42,163 nt of DNA. Origin: Macrostomum lignano. Taxonomy: Eukaryota. The notes beneath the pieces are model-generated. The model saw only the letters and a program-made list of their open reading frames with translations, did not search any database and was not told where the DNA came from. Positions 1 to 12,052 of the stretch are shown piece by piece. The stretch is taken from the NCBI GenBank assembly GCA_002269645.1, contig NIVC01000375.1, positions 1 through 42,163 of the forward strand, written 5' to 3'. Within the stretch, counting starts at the first letter, position 1, and each line of letters starts with the position of its first letter. The position numbers and the translations under genes are program-made.

Positions 1-148
1 ATAACTTTTTTTGGATTTTTCTAACTGTGGCAAGTTTTTTTGCTGTATATTTACCATTTCATTATCATTTCTTTGTTTATGAATTTAGCCAATACCTTAT
101 TACTTAAGATAAAAAACCTATTGTGCTTCTCTTTTTGAGCAGTTAGTG

Positions 149-862
149 TCAGCAACTCCCCATTGAGCGCAATTGGCATCTCAGCCACTCCCCATTGAGC
201 CAATTGGCAATGGCATCTCAGCCACTCCCATTGAGTGTTTTAATTGGCATCTCAGCAACTCCCCATTGAGCCAATTGGCATCTCAGCCACTCCCCATTGA
301 GCCAATCTTGGTATCTCAGCAACTTCCCATTGAGACAATTGGCAATGGCATCTCAGCCACCCCCATTGAGTCATTTAATTGGCATCTCAGCCACTCCCCA
401 TTGAGCCAATTGGCATCTCAGCAACTCCCCATTGAGCCAATTGCATCTCAGCAACTCCCCATTGAGCCAATTGGCATCTCAGCAACTCCCCATTGAGCCA
501 ATTAGCATCTCAGCAACTCCCCATTGAGTCAATTGGCATCTCAGCAACTCCCCATTGAGCCAATTGGCATCCCAGCAACTCCCATTGAGCCAATTGGCAT
601 CCCAGCAACTCCCCATTGAGTCAATTGGCATCCCAGCAACTCCCCATTGAGCCAATTGGCATCTCATCCACTCCCCATTGAGCCAATTGGCATCTCATCC
701 ACTCCCCATTGAGCCAATTGACATCTCAGCAACTCCCCAGTGAGCCAATTGGCATCTCATCCACTCCCCATTGAGTCAATTGGCAATGGCATCTCAGCCA
801 CTCCCCATTGAGTCATTTAATTGGCATCTCAGCAACTCCCCATTGCAAAGCCAATTGGCATC
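149..862. repeat. 31-nt minisatellite (ATTGGCATCTCAGCAACTCCCCATTGAGCCA), about 23 copies, immediately upstream of cullin-3
   Basis: Period read directly (e.g. 501 to 532). CCAATTGG palindrome at unit junctions. ORFs 173..496 and 479..667 are translations of this array. Confidence 0.95.
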
Positions 863-944
863 CACAACCAAGCTAATAAACACCCAGACGCTAGTATTAG
901 CATATTTTAATTTCTAAAATTGATGCGTCGCTGCTAGGCCCAGC

Positions 945-3900
945 ATGAATCGCAATGCGCCAAATGCAATTGGCGGCGGCGCCAGTGGCGGCGGTGGCAG
1001 CGGAGGCGGCAGCAATAACAGTTATTCCAAGATGCGTATCAAAGCGTTTCCAATGTCTATGGACGAACGCTACGTTAATCAAATCTGGGATCAGCTGAAA
1101 CGAGCTATCCAAGAAATTCAAAAGAAGAACAATAGCGGATTAAGCTTTGAAGAGCTCTACCGCAACGCCTACACTTTGGTGTTGCACAAATACGGCGAGA
1201 AGCTCTATTCAGGCACCAGAGACGTGGTCGCCGAGCACATGGCTAAAATTAAAGACGACGTTCTGGCCAGCGTTAATAATGTCTTTCTGGCCACGCTGAA
1301 CTCGCTGTGGAAAGACCACCAGACTGCTATGGTGATGATTCGCGACATTCTCATGTACATGGATCGGGTGTACGTTAACCAGCAGAACCTGCCGTCCGTG
1401 TACAATATGGGCCTGACCGTCTTCAAAGAGCAAGTTGTTAGGCATCCGGTTGTGTGCGAGCACCTGCGCAATACCCTGCTGGAGATGGTTGCTAGGGAGC
1501 GCAGGGGTGAGTCCATTGCGCGCAGCCAGATCAAGGACGCCTGTAATATGCTGTGCCAGCTGGGCGTGGACTCGCTGCAGGTAATGATGCGGTAACATGA
1601 AGCTATCTCACTTATTTATGATGGGAATCAGACCCTATAAGGATTATAGGGAAGAATTGGGATCACGAGTAATTATGTCATTATCTATCATGTCATACAA
1701 ATGGGAAGAATTGGGATCACACAGTAATTATCCCATTGTCATACTATACAAATTGGGAAGAATTGGGATCACACAGTAATTATCCCATTGTCATACTATA
1801 CAAATTGGGAAGAATTTGGATCACACAGTAATTATCCCATTGTCATACTATACAAATTGGGAAGAATTGGGATCACACAGTAACTATCTCATTGTCATAC
1901 TATACAAATTGGGAAGAATTGGGATCACACAGTAACTATCCCATTGTCATACTATACAAATTGGGAAGAATTGGGATCACACAGTAACTACCCCATTGTC
2001 ATACTATACAAATTGGGAAGAATTGGGATCACACTAAAGTTATCATACTAGAGGGGAATCTATTGATAATCTAAGCATTAATCTCAATCTCGCCAATTTC
2101 CAATTCCAGGTCTACGAAGAAGACTTTGAGCAGGCGTTTCTCAAACAGTCGCGCGACTTTTATCGCAGCGAAAGCGACGACTTCCTAGCTGAGAACTGCT
2201 CGGCCAGCCTGTACATCAAAAAGGTTGAGAGCAGGATGGCTGAAGAGATGGAACGGGCCAGGCACTATTTGGATCGCAGCACAGAGCCGAAGATCATTGC
2301 CGTACTAGAAGAGGAACTGATTAGTAGGCATATGCGAACTATAGTCGAAATGGAATCGTCTGGCTTAGTGTCAATGCTTCGCGCTGATAAACACGAGGAT
2401 ATTCACTGCATGTACCGGCTGCTGCAGAGAGTGCCAGATGGTGTGAAGATTATGACAGACTGTATCAGCACCTACCTGCGCGAACAGGGCAAGGCTATTG
2501 TGGCCGAAGAGAATAGGGAGCCGTCTGCCTATGTTCAGGTTTGTGTGTTCTTAGGGGTGCCGCGTACTTTTTCAAGATTGGCGCCACTAGAATATTGAAC
2601 TGGCGCTAATTATAACCATCTCTAGATAAGATCTAATATTGGCGCCACTTTTTATCATCTCGGATTGGCGCCACTAGAATAATCTCAGATTGGCGCCATA
2701 GAATCATTTCAGATTGGCGCCACTAGAATCATCTCAGATTGGCGCCACTAGAATCATCTCAGATTGGCGCCACTAGAATCATCTCAGATTGGCGCCACTA
2801 GAATCATCTCAGATTGGCGTCACTGGAATCATCTCAGATTGGCGCCATAGAATCATCTCAGATTGGCGCCACTTAGAATCATCTCAGATTGGCGCCACTA
2901 GAATCATCTCAGATTGGCGCCACTTAGAATCATCTCAGATTGGCGCCAGTAGAATCATCTCAGATTGGCGGCACTAGAATCATCTCATATTGGCGCCACT
3001 AGAATCATCTCAGATTGGCGGCACTAGAATCATCTCATATTGGCGCCACTAAAATCATCTTAGATTGGCGCCACTTAGAATCACCTCAGATTGTCGCCAT
3101 TTAGAATAATCTCAGATTAGCGCCACTTAGAATAATCTCAGATTGGCGCCACAAAATCGTCTCAGATTTGCGCCACTAGAATCATCTCAGATTGGCGGCA
3201 CTTAGAATTATCTCATATTGGCGCCAGTAGAATCATCTCAGATTGGCGCCACTTAGAATCATCACAGATTGTCGCCACTTAGAATAATCTCGGATTAGCG
3301 CCACTTAGAATCATCTCATATTGGCGCCACTTAGGATCATCTCATATTGGCGCCAATTAGAATCATCTCAGATTGGCGCCAATTAGAATCATCTCAGATT
3401 GGCGCCACTTAGAATAATCTCAGATTGGCGCCACTTAAAATCATCTCAGATTGGCGCCACTAGAATAATTTCAGATTGGCGCCACTAGAATCATCTCAGA
3501 TTGGCGCCACTAGAATAATTTCAGATTGGCGCCACTAGAATCATCTCAGATTGGCGCCACTAGAATAATTTCAGATTGGCGCCACTAGAATCATCTCAGA
3601 TTGGCGCCACTTAGAATCATCTCAGAATCATCTTAGAATCACTTAGAATACTGGTACCCCACATTGTCTCCCATCGCAGGCCCTACTAGATCTGCGCGAT
3701 CGCTGCGATTGCCTACTAGCTCAGGCTCTGAATCGCGACAGGCTGTTCAAACAGCAGATTAGCAGCGATTTCGAATACTTCGTCAATTTAAACGTTCGCT
3801 CGCCCGAATACCTGTCTCTGTTCATCGACGAGAAGCTTCGTCGTGGCTCGCGCGGCGCCGCTGCCGATAACGAAATCGAGCCGTTGCTGGACAAATGCAT

Positions 3901-4583
3901 GGTGCTGTTCCGCTACCTGCAGGAGAAGGACGTGTTTGAAAAGTATTATAAACAGCACCTGGCTAAGCGGCTCATATTGAATAAGTCCTCGTCCGATGAC
4001 ACTGAGAAGTCCATGATCTCCAAGCTCAAAGCCGAGTGCGGCTGCCAGTTCACTAGCAAACTGGAGGGCATGCTCAAGGACATGACCGTGAGCAATATGC
4101 TCAACGAAGAGTTTGGCAACTATTTGAGCCAGGCTGGCGGAGCTGGTGCTCAGCGTAGCATCGACTTTGGTCTGCGCGTGCTCACTACCGGCTTCTGGCC
4201 CACTCAGACTACTCAGAATAAGGTTGGTTTGTTTTTCTGTCTGTGTGTCTGTCTGCCTGCCTGCCTGCCTGCCTGGCTTTCTGTCTGTCTGTCTGTCTGC
4301 CTGGCTTTCTGTCTGTCTGTCTGTCTGCCTGGCTTTCTGTCTGTCTGTTTGTCTGCCTTAGTGTCTGTCTGTCTGTCTGTCTGCCTTAGTGTCTGTCTGT
4401 CTGTGTCTGTCTGTCTGTTTGTTTGTCTGTCTGTCTGTGTGTCTGTCTGTCTGTCTGTCTTAGTGTCTGTCTGTCTGTCTGTCTGTCTTAGTGTCTGTCT
4501 GTGTGTCTGTCTGTCTGTCTGTCTTAGTGTCTGTCTGTCTGTCTTAGTGTCTGTCTGTCTTAGTGTCTGTCTGTCTGTCTTAG

Positions 4584-4620
<37 letters not shown>

Positions 4621-4623
4621 TAG

Positions 4624-4660
<37 letters not shown>

Positions 4661-6823
4661 TTCTTAGTGTCTGTCTGTCTGTCTGTCTGTCTTAGTGTCT
4701 GTCTGTCTGTCTGCCTGCCTGCCTGCCTGTCTGTGTGTCTGTCTTTATGTATGTCTCGTTGGCCAACCAGTATTCCCAGTGCCGTGGTCACCTATAAATA
4801 GCTCCCCACTATCCCTACTAATCCCACGCCCTCCCCACCGCCAACTCCCGCAGGTTGCTCTGCCAGACGAGGCCCGGCAAGCGTACGACCAGTTCCACCG
4901 GTTCTACATGAGCAAGCACAGCGGCAGGCAGCTCACACTGCAGCCAAACATGGGCACCGCTGATCTGTCCGCCACCTTCAGCGGCGCCCCGCCGTCGGGC
5001 CGCGGAGCCGAAGCCGCTGACGAGCCGTCCTCGACCAGCAATTCTTTAGCAGTCGGCGCCCGCCGTCGCTACATCCTGAGCGTGTCCACCTACCAGATGG
5101 TGGTGCTGCTTCAGTTCAATAGGCGGCCGAAGATCACGTTTGAGCAGCTTCAGGCTGAGACCAACATTCCGGAGAAGGATTTGCAGCGAGCTCTAGGCGC
5201 TCTCTGCATGCAGAAGATGGCTAGTCAGCGATTCCTAAATAAGGAGCCCCGAACTAAAGAGATTAGTTCCACTGACGAGTTCACTGTCAATGACGCTTTC
5301 TATTCGCGTCACGTCAAGATTAAGGTGAGTGGCTATTTGGCATATCCTTTTCTGTTTAAGTACGTAAATTGTTATTACTCTGAATTATCTTGTCTGAATT
5401 CTTCTCATTAATAACTCACTGGATAAATTCCCCTATTGGGTAAAAGTCCCCGAACGGATAAATTTCCCTTTTAAGTAAAATTTCCTCGTAGATAAATTCC
5501 CATCTTCGATTAATTCCCCTCATGGATAAATTCCTCTCATGGATAAATTCCCCTCATGGATAAATTCCCCTTCATGGATAAATTCCCCTCATCATGGATA
5601 AATTCCCCTCATGGATAAATTCCCGTCTCGGATAAATCACCTTCTTTGATAAATTCCCCTTATTGATAAATTATTCTCTTGGATAAATGCCATCTTGGAT
5701 GAATTCCCCTCATGGATAAATGGGATAAATTCCGATCATGGATAAACTCCTATCTTGAATAAATTCCCCTCATGGATACACTCCCCTTTTAGCTAAATTC
5801 CCATCTTGGATAAATTCCCCTCTTGGAAGAATTCCCCTCTTGGATGAATTCCCTTCTTGGATAAATTCCCCTATTGGATAAAATTCATGGATAAATTCCC
5901 CTCTTGAATAAATAGGATAAATTCCATCTAGGATAAATGGGATAAATTCACCTCTTGGATAAATGGGATAAATTCCCATCTTGAATAAACTCCCCTCTTG
6001 GATACATTCGCCTCATTGATATGCCCCTCTTAGCTAAATTCCCATCTTGGATAAATTCCCCTCTTGTATTAATTCCCCTCTTGGATTATTTCTTCTTTTG
6101 GATGAATTCCCCTCGGATGAATTTCCTTCTTGGATAAATTCCTCTATTGGATAAAATTCTTGGATAAATTCCCCTCTTGAATAAATGGGATAAGTTACCA
6201 ATCTTGGATAAATGGGATAAATTCCCCTCTTGGATAAATGGGATAAGTTACCAATCTTGGATAAATGGGATAAATTCCCCTCTTGGATAAATGGGATGAA
6301 TTCCCCTCTTGGATAAATGGGATAAATTCCCCTCTTGGATAAATGGGATAAATTCCCCTCTTGGATAAATGGGATAAATTCCCCTCTTGGATAAATGGGA
6401 TAAATTCCCCTCTTGGATAAATGGGATAAATTCCCCTCTTGGATAAATGGGATAAATTCCCCTCTTGAATAAATGGGATAAAATTCCCATCTTGGATAAA
6501 TTCCCTTCATGGATAAACTCCGATTCCCCTCCGCCAAGGTGGCGCCCAGCGGCGGCGTCAAAGAAACGGAACCCGAGCGCCGCGAGACCCGCATTAAAGT
6601 TGATGAAGATCGCAAATACGAAATCGAAGCGGCCATTGTGCGCATAATGAAGGCCAGGCAGACTCTGTCTCACAATTACCTGATTGCTCAGGTGATTGAA
6701 CAGCTCAAATCGCGGTTCACTCCCACTCCTCAAGCGATTAAGAGCCGAATTGAGCACCTGATGGATCGAGACTATATCAAGCGGTCCGATCAGGACAGGC
6801 ACTACTATCAGTACGTGGCTTGA
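945..6823 (+). CDS. CUL3: Cullin-3, 5 exons: 945-1580, 2110-2538, 3680-4222, 4854-5324, 6539-6823 (787 aa)
   Basis: All introns are GT-AG and phase 0, and the joined frame is open. Motifs match cullin-3 as I recall it: [73 protein letters not shown], neddylation motif [12 protein letters not shown], and C-terminal Y-x-Y-V-A. Confidence 0.97.
1649..2034. repeat. 52-nt minisatellite, about 7 copies, in CUL3 intron 1
   Basis: GGGATCACAC recurs at 1713, 1765, 1869, 1921, 1973. Confidence 0.95.
2576..3648. repeat. 25/26-nt minisatellite (ATTGGCGCCACTAGAATCATCTCAG), about 40 copies, in CUL3 intron 2
   Basis: Direct reading. Each unit has the palindrome TGGCGCCA. Confidence 0.95.
4237..4745. repeat. 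(TGTC)n microsatellite with CTTAGTG interruptions in CUL3 intron 3
   Basis: Direct reading. It gives the CLSV/TDRQ artefact ORFs. Confidence 0.95.
5420..6525. repeat. Degenerate GGATAAAT(G)GGATAAATTCCCCTCTT minisatellite (17-26-nt units) in CUL3 intron 4
   Basis: Direct reading. The array runs to within about 15 nt of the acceptor at 6538. Confidence 0.93.
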
Positions 6824-7002
6824 CACTTGATGCGTTATTAATAATGTTATATTCTGAATGGACTACTCACAGATTGATTGACTGTGTCTCTCTCTCTCTC
6901 TCTATTTCTCCTGTGGGATTTTTTATTATTTTTTCTCGAGCACTTTTCATGCTAAAATCATCGGCTTCAACATCGTTATCTAGCTGTTGAATTAGTCTGA
7001 AA

Positions 7003-7759
7003 CAGGGGTTGGCAAACTGCGGCCCGCGAAGCCTCTCTATCCGGCCTTCGGGTCATTTGAAGCTTCACGATCTCAGGTTTTGTCTCTTCTCGGCTCTCTG
7101 CTCAGTACTCTCTTCTCGGCTCTCTTCTCTCCTCTCTTCTCTCTCCTCTTCTCTCCTCTCATATCTCTCCTCTCTTATCTCCTCCCTCCTCTCATATCTC
7201 TCCTCTCTTATCTCTTCTCTCCTCTCTTATCTCCTCTTGCTTCTCGCCTCTCCTATCTTATCTCCTCTCATATCTCTCCTCTCTTATCTCTCCTCTCCTC
7301 TCATATCTCTCCTCTCTTATCTCCTCCCCTCTCATCTCTCTCCTCTCTTATCTCATCTCTCCTCTCCTATCTTATCCCCTCTTCTCTTATCTCCTCTCTT
7401 TTCTCGCCTCTCTTATCTCCTTTTGCTTCTCGCCTCTCATCTCTCCTCTCCTATCTTATCTCCTCTCATATCTCTCCTCTCTTATCTCTTCTCTCCTCTC
7501 TCTTCTCGCCTCTCATCTCTCCTCTCCTATCTTATCTCCTCTCTCCTCTTCTCTCCTCTCATCTCTCTCCTCTCTTATCTCATCTCTCCTCTCCTATCTT
7601 ATCCCCTCTTCTCTTATCTCCTCTCTCTTCTCGCCTCTCATCTCTCCTCTCACCTTTCATCCATTCTCTCATCTCTGATATACTCCAGCCACTTCTCTCT
7701 CCTCTGTTTCCTCTTCCTCTCTCATCTGGCCCCTTGGGTAAAACAGTTTGCCGACCTTG
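7003..7759. mobile_element. Non-autonomous hAT (Charlie/MER58-like) MITE containing a pyrimidine-rich array
   Basis: Left end CAGGGGTTGGCAAACTGCGGCCCGCG; right end CAGTTTGCCGACCTTG is an imperfect inverted copy. This matches my recollection of MER58/Charlie termini. The 8-bp flanks GTCTGAAA and ATGTAAAA agree at 5/8. No transposase ORF. Confidence 0.7.
7083..7720. repeat. Degenerate (CTCT/ATCTC/TCTT) pyrimidine array inside the MITE
   Basis: Direct reading. It gives the Ser/Leu/Pro artefact ORFs 7009..7779 and 7080..7760. Confidence 0.9.
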
Positions 7760-8659
7760 ATGTAAAAACGCCAAGCTAGAAGCTATTAAAATTCGGCAAT
7801 ATGAAAATATACTAGATAATTTAATTTTTATTTGTTATTCATTTTAAGAAAACACAATAAAAACTAGACCCTCAATTTCTGTTCCCGGGAGAAGACAGGC
7901 TTCTTGTGTTTGAAAAAAATCGATTCTCTCGCTTTTTCTGTCTGTATGTCAAATTTTCGGGCGGCAATGCAGAAGAAAAAAAACCTGAATTTTGTACATT
8001 TTCAAAATAAATATTTGTTTGAGTTTCAATTTGCGACTATATATTTAAAAGAAGTTTCAACAACTGCAACAACAACAAATTGATTTGTTTCTTAATCGCA
8101 ATTTTTTTGTTTGAAATTAGTTTTGATTTTCGGACAATTCTGTAAACTTGCTGGGTGTTTCAGACTGCGACAGCGTGTCAATTCGTGGGTACTGTATGAT
8201 ACTATGATATATTTATAAATATGCACTTTGTCTGACCCTGCCCCAGCCTGAGCGCTTTTCAGTTAGCGTTTTTTTTTATTTTACAGAAACTGTCAAACAC
8301 TTTGTTTTTAAATTCCTGTCTAAAATTATTTGCTAATAAAAAAGGAAATATGAAAATTCTGCACTTGCATAAGCAGATCAATTTCTGTATTTGATGACCG
8401 CCTCCCCACCCTAGCACCGTGTTCCGGGTCAGAAATTCTTTACTATGTCTGCGAGTTTTGAACACTAAATAAAAAAACTAAACTAAAATTTGCGTCTTTA
8501 TTTAGTTGTCAGAAGAGTAGCTCAACTATTTTTTTCGGTTCTGTTTCTTTTTATGAACTATTTTTGTTATGTTTAGGCACTTGTGTAGGACGTTTCTTAG
8601 AATTGAGTGCGCTTCTGAGCTGACTGGGAGACACACAGGCACATACTCGTAGATAGACA

Positions 8660-9345
8660 TACTGACAGACAGACACTATAACAGGTATGCAAACTGACAC
8701 ACCAAGACAGACAGACAGACAGACACTATAACAGGTATGCAAACTGCCACACCAAGACAGACAGACAGACAGACACTATAACAGGTATGCAAACTGACAG
8801 ACACTATAACAGGTATGCAAACTGACAGACACTATAACAGGTATGCAAACTGACAGACACTATAACAGGTATGCAAACTGACAGACACTATAACAGGTAT
8901 GCAAACTGACAGACACTATAACAGGTATGCAAACTGACAGACACTATAACAGGTATGCAAACTGACAGACACTATAACAGGTATGCAAACTGACAGACAC
9001 TATAACAGGTATGCAAACTGACAGACACTATAACAGGTATGCAAACTGACAGACACTATAACAGGTATGCAAACTGACAGACACTATAACAGGTATGCAA
9101 ACTGACAGACACCAAGACAGACAGACACTATAACAGGTATGCAAACTGACAGACACTATAACAGGTATGCAAACTGACAGACACTATAACAGGTATGCAA
9201 ACTGACAGACACTATAACAGGTATGCAAACTGACAGACACTGAGACAGACAGACACTATAACAGGTATGCAAACTGACAGACACTGAGACAGACAGACAC
9301 TATAACAGGTATGCAAACTGACAGACACTAGGACAGACAGTGAGA
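8660..9345. repeat. 28-nt minisatellite (GACAGACACTATAACAGGTATGCAAACT), about 20 copies, between CUL3 and TBC1D5
   Basis: Direct reading, with occasional GACAC(C/T)(A/G)AGACAGAC inserts. Confidence 0.95.
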
Positions 9346-9933
9346 CGATCAAGCAGACAGTTAAGCATCATTAATAGACAAATGTAAGTCAGATATAGAA
9401 GTTTACTACTTCATCGCTATAGACTAATAAATTAGGTATAAATTAGGCTAAGGTATATTTAAGGCTCTATTACAGTGAGACCTGCCTGCAACAGTGTGTT
9501 TTGCTCGTATACCCAATCTATTTTTAGAAGTTTTCTCTGCAAGCCATTCCGATAAAAATTAGTTAGTAAAAAACAATGTAATAGCTCTGGCTTGTTAATT
9601 ACCATATTTGGAAGTGTCGCATATTTCCGAGCTAGTAGTTGTTAGTAGTTGTATTTGTAAGAGTATTTAAATTGCAACTTTGTGCTTGTCCATATATGGT
9701 CGTTCGTATTCAGGATCTCTTATGTTTTGTTACTTGTACGAATAGAAAAACCACTTATTTACTACTGATTATTTTATTTAGCCCGTTATTAAATTGCTTG
9801 TTCAAAATTATACAATACTGTTTGAAATTCATGCGGCTTGCAAAAAATTACATACTTATCAAGCGGTCATGCCAGCTAAATAAGACAGTATTTAGCAGGA
9901 CATACTACTTAGCTATTTATCTAATTTAATTAG

Positions 9934-10697
9934 ATGTCAGTATCGGCTGGCGCCACTAGCGCACCGAGGCGCACAAGGGAGCGAGCACTAACTATCGATT
10001 TTATGTCAACTTTGAGCAGGCTAGCCAATTCTGCTACTAAATCATTGCATCAGACTACTACAAGTAGGCAGCAGCAGCAGCAAAATCCGACCGATTATGT
10101 CAATCACAGCAATCCAGCCGCTATGCCTCCTAGCGATGGCAGTTTGAGCGATTCTCAAAGCTTCGTATCTGAGTCTAGCATTGAGGGCTCGCATACTAAT
10201 CTGCAACAATTAGTTGCTGCAACAAGCGCTGCAACCCCTTCTGCTTCCGCTAGCAATGGTGTTCTACTAAGAAAGAAGAATTCTATTAGAAAAGAATGGA
10301 AACGCTCGCCGAGTATATCGAATTCGTACGCGGACGAATGGGAGCGAATGTTTCTGTCGCACGGAGAGGGCGACCTGCTGCTCTATTTAAAAGAGCTCTG
10401 CTGCAGCGGCGAGCTCAGGAACTGCCGGTTTCGTAGCGTTGTGTGGCGACTGGCATTGAGGGTGCTGTCATCTGATGCGGCCAAGTGGAAGGAGGAGACT
10501 CAGGTGTGTTTGTGTGTGTGTGTCTGCGCAATGGCTCTGAAACTGTGTCTGTTAGATCTGTCAGTTCGTTATCTATCTATCTATTATCTATCTGTCTGTC
10601 TATCTATCTATCTATCCATCTATCTATCTGTCTATCTATCTATCTATCCATCTATCTATCTATCTGTCTATCTATCTATCTGTCTATCTATCTATCC

Positions 10698-10732
<35 letters not shown>

Positions 10733-10733
10733 C

Positions 10734-10796
<63 letters not shown>

Positions 10797-10797
10797 C

Positions 10798-10892
<95 letters not shown>

Positions 10893-10893
10893 C

Positions 10894-10956
<63 letters not shown>

Positions 10957-10957
10957 C

Positions 10958-10989
<32 letters not shown>

Positions 10990-11033
10990 GTCTATCTATC
11001 TATCTGTCTATCTATCTATCCATCTATCTATCC

Positions 11034-11080
<47 letters not shown>

Positions 11081-11206
11081 CACCTATCTGTATATCCATC
11101 TATCTATTATCTATCTGTGTCTGTCTATCTGTCTATCTATCTATCTATCCATCCATCTATCTATCTATCTATCTATCTGTCTATCTATCTATCCATCTAT
11201 CTATCC

Positions 11207-11249
<43 letters not shown>

Positions 11250-11250
11250 C

Positions 11251-11281
<31 letters not shown>

Positions 11282-11282
11282 C

Positions 11283-11313
<31 letters not shown>

Positions 11314-11434
11314 CATCTATCTATCTATCTATCTATCTGTCTATCTATCTATCTGTCTATCTATCTATCCATCTATCTATCTATCTATCTATCCATCTAT
11401 CTATCTATCTATCTATCCATCTATCTATCTATCC

Positions 11435-11504
<70 letters not shown>

Positions 11505-11512
11505 TATCCATC

Positions 11513-11549
<37 letters not shown>

Positions 11550-11577
11550 GTATCTATCTATCTATCTATTATCCATC

Positions 11578-11626
<49 letters not shown>

Positions 11627-11634
11627 TATCCATC

Positions 11635-11721
<87 letters not shown>

Positions 11722-11825
11722 GTCTATCTATCTATCCATCTATCTATCTATCTATCTATCCATCTATCTATCTATCTATCCATCTATCTATCTATCCATC
11801 TATCTATCCATCTATCTATCTATCC

Positions 11826-11871
<46 letters not shown>

Positions 11872-11885
11872 TATCCATCTCTATA

Positions 11886-11964
<79 letters not shown>

Positions 11965-11972
11965 TATCCATC

Positions 11973-12052
<80 letters not shown>

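Noticed and set aside
2554-3660. 9-bp RNA helix (GGGGUGCCG / UGGUACCCC) that could loop out the CUL3 intron 2 array and join its splice sites
   Set aside because: It relies on two G-U pairs, my rough chance estimate is about 0.2 for windows of this size, and I found no equivalent in the other introns.
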